Positions 51,946-61,860 of a stretch of DNA of 64,000 nt are shown here, one piece after another. The DNA comes from a virus. Lineage: Duplodnaviria; Caudoviricetes. Every line of letters starts with the position of its first letter. The first letter of the stretch is position 1. The notes under the pieces were generated by a model. It had not been told where the DNA came from, searched no databases, and saw only the letters and a program-made list of their open reading frames with translations. The stretch is taken from the IMG/VR virus record IMGVR_UViG_3300042691_038938; one strand, 5' to 3'. Position numbers and translations under genes: made by a program.

Positions 51946-52956
51946 ATGACAGATTTTTTCGATTTACCGGAAGATGGTTTTTCAAAACAAAAATCATCCT
52001 CCTTAGGTAAAAAAGTGGATCCAAACGTTTACGATCCAGATCCTAATGCTTACAACGGTTCTTACAAATCGGTTTTTCGATTTATTCCGTATGTGTTCGA
52101 TAAGAGCAAGAGCAAGTACATCAAGTACACAGCAAAATTTTGGAATCCTCTAACTAAGGAATCTCTTTTTGTTGATTGTCCATCAAATGTTGAAAAACCT
52201 TCGATTCTTTGGACGATCGAATCTACATTAAGAGGTCTTAGGAAAGAAGAACCTGAATTAGTTGGTGAAATTGATAAGCAATTCTCTCGATGGAGCACAT
52301 ATCATTCAGCCGTTTACATTAAGAAGGATCCACAACGTCCTGACTTAGAAGGATCAATCAAGATCTTTAAGTTTAGAAATCAGATTGACATGTTGATTGA
52401 TCAACTTGTAAATCCTGAAGAGGTTGATGGAATCTCTCTAAGTAAAAAAGTCAATCCTTATCACCTATTAGAAGGAAAAGATTTCCTATGTGTAGTAGGT
52501 AAGAAGACTCAGCAATTTAGAGACTGGTCAAAATGTAAGTTTATGGATGAAGTAACTCCTTTAATCTTTAAGATTGGCGACACACAAGTAGCCGTTGAGA
52601 ACAGTGAAAAATCAGTAAAACTTGTGAATGAGTTCTTGACTAAGAACACTCCAAAAATGGATGAGTATTATCATCAAGAGTGGACTGATGATACTTTTAA
52701 TAAAGTTGCTGAAGCAATCGTTGCTGCAATTCCTCAAAAGGAAATCTTAGAGATGATCTTAGGTCGAAGCAAAGACACTCGAATGAATGAGCTTGTTCGT
52801 GCTAGAATGGGAGGAGCTTCAAGAGCGGCTAGACCTGCTCAAAAAGTTGATGAGGATCTAGAATTCACATCATCTAAAACAGCAAGTGAGCCAGTTACTG
52901 AATCTACTTCTTCTGACTCAGATGATGAATACGATTCACTATTTTCTGATCTATAA
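51946..52956 (+). CDS. Single-stranded DNA-binding protein (T4 gp32-like)
   Basis: VFRFIPY, VDCP, YIKKDPQRPDLEGSIKIFKF and an acidic tail DSDDEYDSLFSDL. Confidence 0.75.
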   Translation: MTDFFDLPEDGFSKQKSSSLGKKVDPNVYDPDPNAYNGSYKSVFRFIPYVFDKSKSKYIKYTAKFWNPLTKESLFVDCPSNVEKPSILWTIESTLRGLRKEEPELVGEIDKQFSRWSTYHSAVYIKKDPQRPDLEGSIKIFKFRNQIDMLIDQLVNPEEVDGISLSKKVNPYHLLEGKDFLCVVGKKTQQFRDWSKCKFMDEVTPLIFKIGDTQVAVENSEKSVKLVNEFLTKNTPKMDEYYHQEWTDDTFNKVAEAIVAAIPQKEILEMILGRSKDTRMNELVRARMGGASRAARPAQKVDEDLEFTSSKTASEPVTESTSSDSDDEYDSLFSDL

Positions 52957-52970
52957 AAAAATAAAGTAAT

Positions 52971-53249
52971 ATGGAAAACAACGAATCTGAAGTATCAGTA
53001 GAAAAAAACGACGTGTCTGCTGAGAATCCAAAAAATGTTCTTTTTGGAACTATAACGTATGCTGATGACGATGCATATGAGAACTTTATTGCTAACTTGG
53101 ACATAAATCAATCAATATTCATCCTAGTCGCTTCTGCTAATTTTGCACAAGCTAAAGGAGCTTTCAATATTCTTGAATCAGAAGTCCTATCGTCAGCAAT
53201 AAGAGTCATTAGAAAAAACTCTAAGCCTTCTCAAAAAGACGGCGAATAA
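52971..53249 (+). CDS. Hypothetical protein
   Basis: 92 aa between the SSB and RNase H-like genes. Confidence 0.6.
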   Translation: MENNESEVSVEKNDVSAENPKNVLFGTITYADDDAYENFIANLDINQSIFILVASANFAQAKGAFNILESEVLSSAIRVIRKNSKPSQKDGE

Positions 53250-53258
53250 AACAACGGT

Positions 53259-54398
53259 ATGGACTTAATAATAGATGGAAATGCCTTTATCAACATTGCG
53301 ATAAGTGTCACCAAGTCTCTTTCTCAAAAGGATAAGAGAGTGGGTGAAGCTTATTACGTTAATGATCTGTTCAGCGACGGCGGATTCATCTTAAAGGATC
53401 AAGTTAAAGTAGCTTTTAAGAATTTTTGTTTTACTTACTTGAATTCTCTGATTGCGCCAATCTCATCAAGTCCAGAAAAGATACACATCGTCTTTGATTC
53501 TACGAGTTGGAGAAAAGATTACACTGATCGATTCTTCAGAAATTCTGAATTCAAGACTAGCTCAGCACCAACTGAATTTAAGTATAAGGGTAATCGCAAA
53601 TATGATGACCACCAATACTTATTCTTTGACTATTTTCAACAAGTGATCATGTCAGCTCTAACTCAAAGGGCTGGCATAAATCACTACAAATTCAAAGGCA
53701 CTGAAGGTGATGACATAATAGCTTACTTGTGTGACGTTATTGAGGGTGATATCCTGATCTACTCAGTCGATCAGGATCTAAAACAATTGACTGGGCACTC
53801 TAAAAAGAATGTCCTATTGATAACTCCAAAACAAATGGCCAAGACCAAGAGACTCTTTGTACCTGCTCAATTGGTTCCAACCGCCGCCGATGACGAAGTA
53901 GATAATTTCTTTTCTTTGAATGATGTTCACATAACTGGAGCAACCATTGAAAAGACTATATCTAATCTCACAAGTAAAGATTATGTAGAGCATAAAGTAG
54001 ACTTCGTGGATGATATCTTAAGCAAGATCCTTTTAGGAGACAAGTCGGATAACATTCCAAAGATCACAAATATTTCTCCATCTAAAGCAAAAAAAGTAAT
54101 ATCTTCGATTCAGGAAAGATTTGGAGAAAATCTTATCGAGCAATTAGATGATCTAAATGAGGAACTGATCTTAGGAATAGTGAATGAGATCAAGATAGTA
54201 AATAAGATAAAGGACCAGGATAAATTAGATGAGGTTAGAGAGCATCTTCTCTTTAATACTAAGCTAATACGTCTTTCAGTTAAAGTGTTTCCTAAGGAAA
54301 TCAGAGATCTCCTAGATGAATTCTTTAGCACATACGAAAGCACAACCTTTAATCAAAAAGAATTTAACAATTTAAAAAATAACTTATCGCTCTTATGA
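53259..54398 (+). CDS. 5'-3' exonuclease/flap endonuclease (T4 RNase H-like)
   Basis: IIDGN, VFDS..SWRK, YKGNRK, EGDDII, SVDQD and GDKSDNIP. Confidence 0.88.
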   Translation: MDLIIDGNAFINIAISVTKSLSQKDKRVGEAYYVNDLFSDGGFILKDQVKVAFKNFCFTYLNSLIAPISSSPEKIHIVFDSTSWRKDYTDRFFRNSEFKTSSAPTEFKYKGNRKYDDHQYLFFDYFQQVIMSALTQRAGINHYKFKGTEGDDIIAYLCDVIEGDILIYSVDQDLKQLTGHSKKNVLLITPKQMAKTKRLFVPAQLVPTAADDEVDNFFSLNDVHITGATIEKTISNLTSKDYVEHKVDFVDDILSKILLGDKSDNIPKITNISPSKAKKVISSIQERFGENLIEQLDDLNEELILGIVNEIKIVNKIKDQDKLDEVREHLLFNTKLIRLSVKVFPKEIRDLLDEFFSTYESTTFNQKEFNNLKNNLSLL

Positions 54399-54694
54399 AG
54401 CCATTATATGAAAGAATTCTGGTAAAACCCAGAGAAAAAGAGATCAGAACTAAGCAAGGAATACTTCTTCCTGAAAAAGCCGTAAAGAAACCAAATATCG
54501 GTGTTGTTATCTCATGCGGAGACGGAACTCCTAATAATCCAATGAAAGTTTCTCCAGGAGACAAAGTTCTATTCAATCGATATGCTGGAGTAGAATTAAA
54601 CTTTAGAGGAGAAAAACACTATGTGATACTCTCAAATGAAGTAATTGGAGTCTTAGAAGACTTTGATGATATCTCTTTAGAGGATTTTGAATAA
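54395..54694 (+). CDS. groS: Co-chaperonin GroES
   Basis: MKPLYERILVK, GILLP, GVVISCGDG and GDKVLF..YAG. Confidence 0.93.
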   Translation: MKPLYERILVKPREKEIRTKQGILLPEKAVKKPNIGVVISCGDGTPNNPMKVSPGDKVLFNRYAGVELNFRGEKHYVILSNEVIGVLEDFDDISLEDFE

Positions 54695-54722
54695 AAAAAA
54701 GGAGCTTTAAAGCTCCTTTTTT
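54695..54722. terminator. Bidirectional intrinsic terminator between convergent genes
   Basis: AAAAAAGGAGCT-ttaa-AGCTCCTTTTTT. Confidence 0.88.
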
Positions 54723-55329
54723 ATTTAATATCAGTTGATTCCAATAGTGTATATGAAAAAGCATTTCCATGAATCTTAGAGGCTTTTCTACAAATAGCCA
54801 TAAAAGCATCAAAATCCTTCACTCTTTTAAATACTTGACACCCTTCTGACCAGTTTTCTACCCAAGTAGAATCTTGTCCAGCCTTATGGATGTTTATTCC
54901 AAACATTCCAGTATCAGTCGTATTTTCCTCAAACACTAAATCGCGATTAGCGTCTCTCCAAACAGTCACGTTTCCGTTTCTTTGACAAAGAGCATCATAC
55001 TTTCCTTGATGTTTGTCAATCTTCCATACTCCTCGATACTGTCCAGGAACAAGCCTAGCGACTCCTTTTTTATTATGGAACTCCTGAACTCCCTTTTTTC
55101 CAGGATCACAAGTTGCCATCCAACAGAAAAACTGCTTTACTCCATTTTCATCTTTATATGAAATCGTCAAGTGATCATCAAATACGTTAGTTACCTTTTT
55201 GTATACTGCTGGAGAGGTGTTTCTTACTCCAATAATGTTCACGTCATAAGTCTTGTTTGAAGCATCCTCAAACCACTTATAGCCTTTTGCTTTGACTGCG
55301 GCCTCGACCTGTTCTCTTGTATAGCACAT
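54721..55329 (-). CDS. Putative lysin with an L,D-transpeptidase (YkuD)-like catalytic motif
   Basis: GINIH...WSEGCQV His/Cys motif; TCDPG and LVPGQY; late-type motif at 55344-55351. Confidence 0.6.
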   Translation of the reverse strand: MCYTREQVEAAVKAKGYKWFEDASNKTYDVNIIGVRNTSPAVYKKVTNVFDDHLTISYKDENGVKQFFCWMATCDPGKKGVQEFHNKKGVARLVPGQYRGVWKIDKHQGKYDALCQRNGNVTVWRDANRDLVFEENTTDTGMFGINIHKAGQDSTWVENWSEGCQVFKRVKDFDAFMAICRKASKIHGNAFSYTLLESTDIK

Positions 55330-55358
55330 AATTTAATTGCGTTTTATTTATTTATTTG

Positions 55359-56291
55359 TTAAAGAGCGGTGATTCCAGCAGCAGACTCAGCTCTACCTGT
55401 ACCAGCATCCCTAGAATTGATTATTCTATTGGGTTTTACCCAATCTTTTAGCCCAATGTAAAATCCATCCTTAAGCGAATCGGTGACTTCAAATTTATTT
55501 AAGATTTCTTCTGTATTTGAGTACCCTGCCTCTTCTAACTTAGATTTAATCTCGTCACTGGTGTATTTCTTATCATCAAGGTCAGGTTCGTCTACCGCCT
55601 GGTACCAGTCAAGATATTGATAGATGCCTGACTCCTGATCAGATGTATCTATGTGTTCTGTAGTATTTTCACTATTGTTACGGGAGATGATGTTTTCTAA
55701 GTATTTATCAAGAGGTGTAAAGATGAGTACGTCCTTGATTTTATCTGAGTCGTAATAGTTTTTAATAGCATCACCTACATCATCAAAAAGAATGGTCTTG
55801 GCAGAGAGTAATGCTGCTGCCCATGCCATTGCGCTAACTCGACCGTCTCCCTGTCTGCCACCCATTTTTCTTATGGTTGACTTGCACTTTTCTGGATCGT
55901 ATCCTGCGATCCTCTCGATCTCCTCATACTTTGATTTTTCTTCTGGGCTTGCCTCTTCTTCCCATTCCTTAAACTTATCATCGTATAATTTTATCACGTG
56001 AGGAGAGTCTGTCTCAGCTGCGATTTTAGCAAGAGTCGGCATTCCGGCTTCTTCTACCAGTTTGATGAAGGCTGGTCCTACTTCAGGATTATTAAAGTTA
56101 TCAGTTCCGACTAATACTGTTTCAGCATCAAGATCATCATACCAGTGCTTCGCACCCAATTGATTCATTGCAAAATAAGTCTTGCCTGATGCACTTGGAC
56201 CTGAGAGCAATATAAGATCCTTTTGATCTAAATTAAACTCACGAGCTTCATATAATGCTACCCACCTAGTGTAATTTAATAAGTACTTCAT
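55359..56291 (-). CDS. P-loop kinase-like protein with a capsid-targeting-like N-terminus
   Basis: MKYLLNYTRWVALYEA start; LSGPSASGKT Walker A; LVGTD; ILFDDV. TATAAATA at 56339-56346. Confidence 0.65.
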   Translation of the reverse strand: MKYLLNYTRWVALYEAREFNLDQKDLILLSGPSASGKTYFAMNQLGAKHWYDDLDAETVLVGTDNFNNPEVGPAFIKLVEEAGMPTLAKIAAETDSPHVIKLYDDKFKEWEEEASPEEKSKYEEIERIAGYDPEKCKSTIRKMGGRQGDGRVSAMAWAAALLSAKTILFDDVGDAIKNYYDSDKIKDVLIFTPLDKYLENIISRNNSENTTEHIDTSDQESGIYQYLDWYQAVDEPDLDDKKYTSDEIKSKLEEAGYSNTEEILNKFEVTDSLKDGFYIGLKDWVKPNRIINSRDAGTGRAESAAGITAL

Positions 56292-56310
56292 TTTCTAGTC
56301 AATTTTAATA

Positions 56311-56336
56311 AAAAAGGAGACCCAAAGATCTCCTTT
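56311..56336 (-). terminator. Intrinsic terminator after the tail sheath gene
   Basis: Minus strand AAAGGAGAUC-UUUG-GGUCUCCUUUUU. Confidence 0.7.
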
Positions 56337-56357
56337 CATATTTATAAGCAATAGTCA

Positions 56358-59357
56358 TTAGAAGCTCGGTATAAATCCAGTAGAATCTGAACTTAACGTT
56401 CCTCCAACTCTTGTGATAGTGATTCGGTTGATGAACTTTTGAATTCCTCTTGGGAAGTCTACTCGAATATCAATGATTGCTGCATTTGCAGAGATCACCT
56501 CGTTCGTATTATTTGAAGAATCAAATATCACTTCAAAAGAGTTGACTCCTCGGGCATTCAATACTGCCGTCATGTAGTTTTCAACGATAGTTCTTACTCT
56601 TAGTCTTGTGATCTCATCATTGAAATCAAACAAGAAGTTGAACAAGATCTTCTCAATGTCTCTCTCGATAGTCGATAAGTTATCTCTAACGTGAGCGTTG
56701 TTAAGAGCTGAATTGATTCTTTGGTATGCAGTGTTATTAGAGAATAGGATGATTCCAAATCCTCTACGTTTAACTGTCAAGTTGAATCCAGCTGGCTCCA
56801 AGTAATCTCTGTCCTCGTCAGTAAGATCGTATTCTAATCCTACTACTTCAGGATCTGTGATTGCTCCACGTTTTCCTCCAGCTACGATCAAGAAAGGAGT
56901 TCCGTTCTTGAATTTTCTAACGTATAAGTTAGAGATGTAACCAGCTTGTGGAACCGAGATGTTCTTGCTTCCACTTCTAACTATCAAGTTAGGGAAGTGA
57001 TAAGAAGCATAAGAAGATAGAGGAACTCCCTTAACATCCTCTTCAGCAAACTTAAACGTGAAGCTTGGATTTAAAGAAAGATCTCCACCTTGAGAGATAT
57101 ACTCAGTTGAAACCAATTTAGTAGTTCTATTGATGAAGCTAGGATCTACTGATTTCTCAAACTGCTGAACAGATGGAGCGTTTAGTAGAGCCATTGCTTG
57201 GCCGTTAAGAGCAGCTAACTTAGCTAAGTGATACTTAGAAGATGCAGAGATTGTTCCAGCATAAGAGTCAACCACGTATCTAAAGTCTACAACTTCTCCG
57301 TTTGCTAAGGTCTGTGGAATTGAAGTCGAAGTGAAAAGGTAATCTAAGATTCCGCCTGTTCCTTCAAGTCTTTCAGCAGTTCCATTAGGAAGAAGATCAT
57401 TACGAAGAGCAAAAGGTTTCAAGTTTTGTCCCTTTAAGCTTGTCGCAAAGTTATAGATTCCTTTGTAAACTGAAACCTCATTTCCAGTTGTGTCTAGTCC
57501 TTGAACCTCATCTACACTAGGTGCCATTGTAGTCACAGTGTAAGTCAAAGTATAAGGGCTAAGCTCCTCAGCTTGAGAGACTGAGATGATTTTTAGCAAT
57601 CGTGGACGAACTGATCCGGTGATCTTTGCTTTGATAAAGTTATTCACCTTAATGAATTCGTCGATCTTAGCTTTGTTTGCTGTGTTCGCAGTATTGATTC
57701 CCAAAATCAGCTTATTAGGCTGTATGATATCGTAGCTAGTAAAGAAGTTAGTATCAGTAAGATCAAAAATGTGCTTGAATTCTTCACCAGAATCTAAAAT
57801 GATCTTTACATAGTCTTCTGTGTCAGGTCCAGTGTAATAGTTAACACTCACTTGATTCAATAAAGAAATGTCTTGGAAGATAAGAATCTTAATATAAGGA
57901 ATGGTTCCATTCAAGAAGTTATCAAGCACTTTAACATAATAAGTGTTAGATCCATCGACCATTTCATCACCAGTCTGAATGAATCCCATCATGTACGACT
58001 CATATAACTTACTTCCTTTAGTCGCAACTAAGTAAGAATCACCAACGAGTGGAGTCACTTCATAAAGGTCTCCTTCTTGGATAGGAAGAGTGTTTCCGTT
58101 ATCCTGGAATCCAGCGTTGAATGAAGATTCATTTAATACTCCGACTACCGATGGATTATTTGATAACATAAAGATAAGCTCTCCATCAGAAGGCTTAGCG
58201 TAACTTAATGTGTTAATCAATGGAGTTGAAAGCTGAGTAGTTAAGTCAGTATCGTATCCAAAATCATCAGCTGCATAAGAATCTAGTGAATCTAATTCAT
58301 CAAATCCGTGTCCAACTAAGTCAATTCTATGAGTAGTGACGTCTTGATCAGCGAATGACGTGTTAGTCAAGTCAATCAAGTCTAGTTTTTCAATGTCTAA
58401 TGCACAAAGAATTCCAGTAGTAGGATATGCACGATTTACTAATCTATCGATAGAAACAGTAACTCCGCTCTGGTCTCTAAAATCAGGAATTAAACATCCG
58501 ATTGTTCTTGTAATTACTTTGATCTCTCTTAATGCAAAGAAATCAGATGCTTTAGCAGATTTTAGTCCTACTGAATCAAAAAACTGGCTGTATACTGGGT
58601 CTTTTGAAAGTTTCAAATAATTAGACCAGTCACCGCTAATCATGATTACTTCAACGAAATAATCAGCGATAAAATCATCAGGGTGAACAAATTCAGGAAA
58701 TTCTGTTCCTGCGCCAGCAACATTTGAATACCATTCTTTTGCAGTTACGTCATATCCTGTAATAGCTGCTTTTCTTACCCAAATCGTAGCATTATTGTAT
58801 CCTAAGTTAGCAAAGGAAAGAATTTTATTCGCATCAATTGAAGTTATTCCAAATCCTCCAGGGTTAGTGATGTAATCATCACCTAAGGAAATATTCTTTG
58901 ACTTGTTTAACTCATCAGCAGATGCAAACCATAATCTTTGACGATTAAAGAAGTTAACCGCTGGCCATGCATCAGGTACAGCATCCGAGTTATTTGAAGA
59001 AGCTTCAGTATTGAACGTAGTGTAATACGCTAGGTCCAAGTTTAACGCAGGATCTTCCTCAATGTCTAAAGGCATAACGTTTAGAGCAAAAACAGGTCCT
59101 TCTCTAAGAGCGACTTCAATCGTTCTATGGAAGTAACTTCCTGCTTTTTCTAGTTTTGGATCGATCTCTCCAAATACTGCTTTTAGGGTTCTAACGTCGT
59201 TAATTAACACAACAGTATTGTAGGGTCCTACTCGGCTAGATCCGACAACAAGTCGGCCGGTCGTAAGAGGCAAGACGATGTTCTCGCTCGCGTCTATCTC
59301 AACCGTGTAAACACCGCTTGACTTGTAATTGTTCAGGTTTATCCTTGGTTCAGCCAT
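56358..59357 (-). CDS. Contractile tail sheath protein (gp18-like)
   Basis: SSGVYTVEID N-terminus; C-terminal FLIVAGGKRG, HVRDNL...FDFNDEITR and IIDIRV. Late-type motif at 59379-59386. Confidence 0.9.
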   Translation of the reverse strand: MAEPRINLNNYKSSGVYTVEIDASENIVLPLTTGRLVVGSSRVGPYNTVVLINDVRTLKAVFGEIDPKLEKAGSYFHRTIEVALREGPVFALNVMPLDIEEDPALNLDLAYYTTFNTEASSNNSDAVPDAWPAVNFFNRQRLWFASADELNKSKNISLGDDYITNPGGFGITSIDANKILSFANLGYNNATIWVRKAAITGYDVTAKEWYSNVAGAGTEFPEFVHPDDFIADYFVEVIMISGDWSNYLKLSKDPVYSQFFDSVGLKSAKASDFFALREIKVITRTIGCLIPDFRDQSGVTVSIDRLVNRAYPTTGILCALDIEKLDLIDLTNTSFADQDVTTHRIDLVGHGFDELDSLDSYAADDFGYDTDLTTQLSTPLINTLSYAKPSDGELIFMLSNNPSVVGVLNESSFNAGFQDNGNTLPIQEGDLYEVTPLVGDSYLVATKGSKLYESYMMGFIQTGDEMVDGSNTYYVKVLDNFLNGTIPYIKILIFQDISLLNQVSVNYYTGPDTEDYVKIILDSGEEFKHIFDLTDTNFFTSYDIIQPNKLILGINTANTANKAKIDEFIKVNNFIKAKITGSVRPRLLKIISVSQAEELSPYTLTYTVTTMAPSVDEVQGLDTTGNEVSVYKGIYNFATSLKGQNLKPFALRNDLLPNGTAERLEGTGGILDYLFTSTSIPQTLANGEVVDFRYVVDSYAGTISASSKYHLAKLAALNGQAMALLNAPSVQQFEKSVDPSFINRTTKLVSTEYISQGGDLSLNPSFTFKFAEEDVKGVPLSSYASYHFPNLIVRSGSKNISVPQAGYISNLYVRKFKNGTPFLIVAGGKRGAITDPEVVGLEYDLTDEDRDYLEPAGFNLTVKRRGFGIILFSNNTAYQRINSALNNAHVRDNLSTIERDIEKILFNFLFDFNDEITRLRVRTIVENYMTAVLNARGVNSFEVIFDSSNNTNEVISANAAIIDIRVDFPRGIQKFINRITITRVGGTLSSDSTGFIPSF

Positions 59358-59473
59358 TTCTGTGTAGATATTTTTAGTTTATTTATCTAAATTTATAGCA
59401 ACAAATCCAAAAAATTTGAAAAATTAAGATCCTCTGGCCCGTTTCTAGTATAATATAACAAATACTGTGTATA

Positions 59474-59941
59474 ATGGCAAACGTAGACAACACTTGTGCT
59501 GACTTAGAGATTGAAGATCTTTACTCAAAAAGCACCGATACTTTAGGCGACATCATGGCTCTCCAAAAGGACACTCAAAACAACGTTTATGGATGGGATT
59601 TTGAGGGCATGACTCTTCGAGAGATCATGTCATTTTGGCACGCAAATACTCACGCAATGGTCGATGAGATTCATGAAGCGACTGATGCATTGGGAGGAAT
59701 CAAAGACGGAAGCGGAAACGCCATTTGGAAATATTGGAAGAAGGACTTTGAAAAGTACAGTTTCATGAAATTCTCAGATCTTTCCGAGACTGATCAGCTT
59801 GAAGCAAAATTTGAAATCATTGACATGCTTCATTTTTTTATGAATTACGCAATCTCAATCGGAATGACTCCTCAGGAGATGTACAACATGTACATGTCTA
59901 AGAATAAGGAGAACAGAGATCGTCAATCTAGAGGCTATTAA
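59474..59941 (+). CDS. Dimeric all-alpha dUTPase/dCTPase (T4 gp56-like)
   Basis: DEIHE, WKYWK, EIIDMLHF and KNKENRDRQ..GY motifs. Confidence 0.75.
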   Translation: MANVDNTCADLEIEDLYSKSTDTLGDIMALQKDTQNNVYGWDFEGMTLREIMSFWHANTHAMVDEIHEATDALGGIKDGSGNAIWKYWKKDFEKYSFMKFSDLSETDQLEAKFEIIDMLHFFMNYAISIGMTPQEMYNMYMSKNKENRDRQSRGY

Positions 59942-59983
59942 TTTTAATAGTTACCATAAATTTAGTAAAATAACCCCAATACA

Positions 59984-60214
59984 ATGGATACAATCCCAGG
60001 CGGAGGTGGACAACCTCAATTAAACATTAACTTAGCTGATGCTCCATACATGGAGTGTGAAGAGTGTCAAGGAAAGCTTTTTGAAGAAAAGATGATGATC
60101 AAAAAGGTTTCTAAATTCATGACTGGCTCCGATCAGGACTCAATCGTCCCAATTCCAGTCATCGCTTGCGCTAAGTGTGGACACGTAAACGAATTATTTA
60201 AACCAAAAGTATGA
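59984..60214 (+). CDS. Small zinc-ribbon protein
   Basis: CEEC and CAKC pairs. Confidence 0.7.
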   Translation: MDTIPGGGGQPQLNINLADAPYMECEECQGKLFEEKMMIKKVSKFMTGSDQDSIVPIPVIACAKCGHVNELFKPKV

Positions 60215-61629
60215 TAGTAGGATCTGAAGTATTGAATGATGGAACTTTTCTAGTCTCTTATTATGATGAGAACGGTAAAACCGCTTTCATGAAGAAGAGG
60301 TTAGCTGACCATGAGCTCTATAACTGGGTCGAATCTTCTAATCCAACTGCTACTCGCAATTGGGATGGGAAGTTCGTCAAACGTGGAATGAGCGCCGGCC
60401 AATACATCAATCAATTTAGGATCCAAGAACTAATTCGTGAAAAACTCACAGCCGAGGAGATCGCAGCAGTCTATAACCAAGATAACTTTCCTAAAAAGAC
60501 TTACCTCGATATCGAGATCAAGCTAATAGACGATAGCTTTCCAGAACCAGATAAAGCTCGAATGCCAGTAGGTCTTATCTCCTTTTGTAATGAGGATAAC
60601 GTCACCTACATTCTTTCTATTCTTAACTCTGAAGATCAGCCTGACGGTTTGACTCAAGATCAGATAACTCAGATGGAAAAGGACGTGAACGATTACTTTA
60701 GAAAGACCGTTCCTCTTAGAGAAGCCGACCGTGCACTATTTGAGCAAGATTTTAAGATCAAATACAAGTTCTTCAAGACTGAGGAAGAGTTAATGGAATT
60801 CTATTTTCATCGAATCATGCCGCATTTCTCATTTGTTACTGGATGGAATGTGACTGAATTTGACTGGAAGTATCTCATGAATCGAGCCAAAAACATCAAA
60901 GTCGATGCAATGGCAACCATGCCGACTAAATCTACTTTCTCAAAGGTAAAGATACCAACTCACCTAGGAGTTCTCGATTACATGCAAGTCTTTGAAAAGC
61001 TCAAGCCTTATAAAGTCGTTGAGAATTACAAGTTAGACTATATTGCAGAACTCGTCCTAGGTACCGCCAAATTGAAGCACGATTACTCATCATTCATAGA
61101 GTTTCAAAAAGATACTTATCTCTTTACTATGTATAACGTGATTGACGTCATCCTAGTAAAACTAATTGAAGATAAGCTTTCAATCCTAGATGTTGCCTTT
61201 GAGATGTCTAACGTTGCCCAAGTCGATGTGAATAAAGTATTTAGTCCAGTACACATTGCAGAGCTTCTAATGTGTCGTGAATTTCTAAATAAGAATCTTA
61301 AAATGATGAAGCTCCCTTGGGGAGAAGAGGTACTCGATGCGACCTATGCTGGTGCATACGTTAAGGATCCTATTCCAGGTTACTATAACGCGATCGCATG
61401 TTATGACTTCTCTTCAATGTATCCAAACATTCAGATTCAATTCAATATCTCACCAGACACTTATTTAGGCAAGATTGATAAAGTAAAGAAGGATGGAACC
61501 GAGATCCATACTAAAAACGATACCATGTTTTCAAGCAAATCAGACTCTGTTGCTCGAACAATACTGACTCGACTCTATGATGAAAGAATCAAGACACAAG
61601 GGGAGATCAAAAAACTTAAAAACTCATAA
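60211..61629 (+). CDS. Family B DNA polymerase, N-terminal subunit (exonuclease, motif A and first finger helix)
   Basis: YLDIE, GWNVTEFD, YKLDYIAE, YNVID, GAYVKDP and YDFSSMYPNI. Motifs B and C are absent. Confidence 0.88.
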   Translation: MIVGSEVLNDGTFLVSYYDENGKTAFMKKRLADHELYNWVESSNPTATRNWDGKFVKRGMSAGQYINQFRIQELIREKLTAEEIAAVYNQDNFPKKTYLDIEIKLIDDSFPEPDKARMPVGLISFCNEDNVTYILSILNSEDQPDGLTQDQITQMEKDVNDYFRKTVPLREADRALFEQDFKIKYKFFKTEEELMEFYFHRIMPHFSFVTGWNVTEFDWKYLMNRAKNIKVDAMATMPTKSTFSKVKIPTHLGVLDYMQVFEKLKPYKVVENYKLDYIAELVLGTAKLKHDYSSFIEFQKDTYLFTMYNVIDVILVKLIEDKLSILDVAFEMSNVAQVDVNKVFSPVHIAELLMCREFLNKNLKMMKLPWGEEVLDATYAGAYVKDPIPGYYNAIACYDFSSMYPNIQIQFNISPDTYLGKIDKVKKDGTEIHTKNDTMFSSKSDSVARTILTRLYDERIKTQGEIKKLKNS

Positions 61630-61630
61630 A

Positions 61631-61858
61631 ATGGCAAAACCTATACTAGTAGTTGCATTTCCAGTACAAGTAGAGCTAGATGAAATATCTGCAGTAATCA
61701 TACCTCTTGAACGTAGGCTCACTGATTACCACGTCATCGCATATCGAGCATCAGACATAACTGAATTAAATCTTAAAGTTCTCAATCCTGGAGAGTCTTC
61801 TGATCTTGATATTGAGGCTCTTAAAAAACAAATCAAAGAAAAAATCTTTAAACAATAA
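61631..61858 (+). CDS. Small hypothetical protein
   Basis: Likely start MAKPIL at 61631, just after the pol stop. Confidence 0.6.
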   Translation: MAKPILVVAFPVQVELDEISAVIIPLERRLTDYHVIAYRASDITELNLKVLNPGESSDLDIEALKKQIKEKIFKQ

Positions 61859-61860
61859 AT

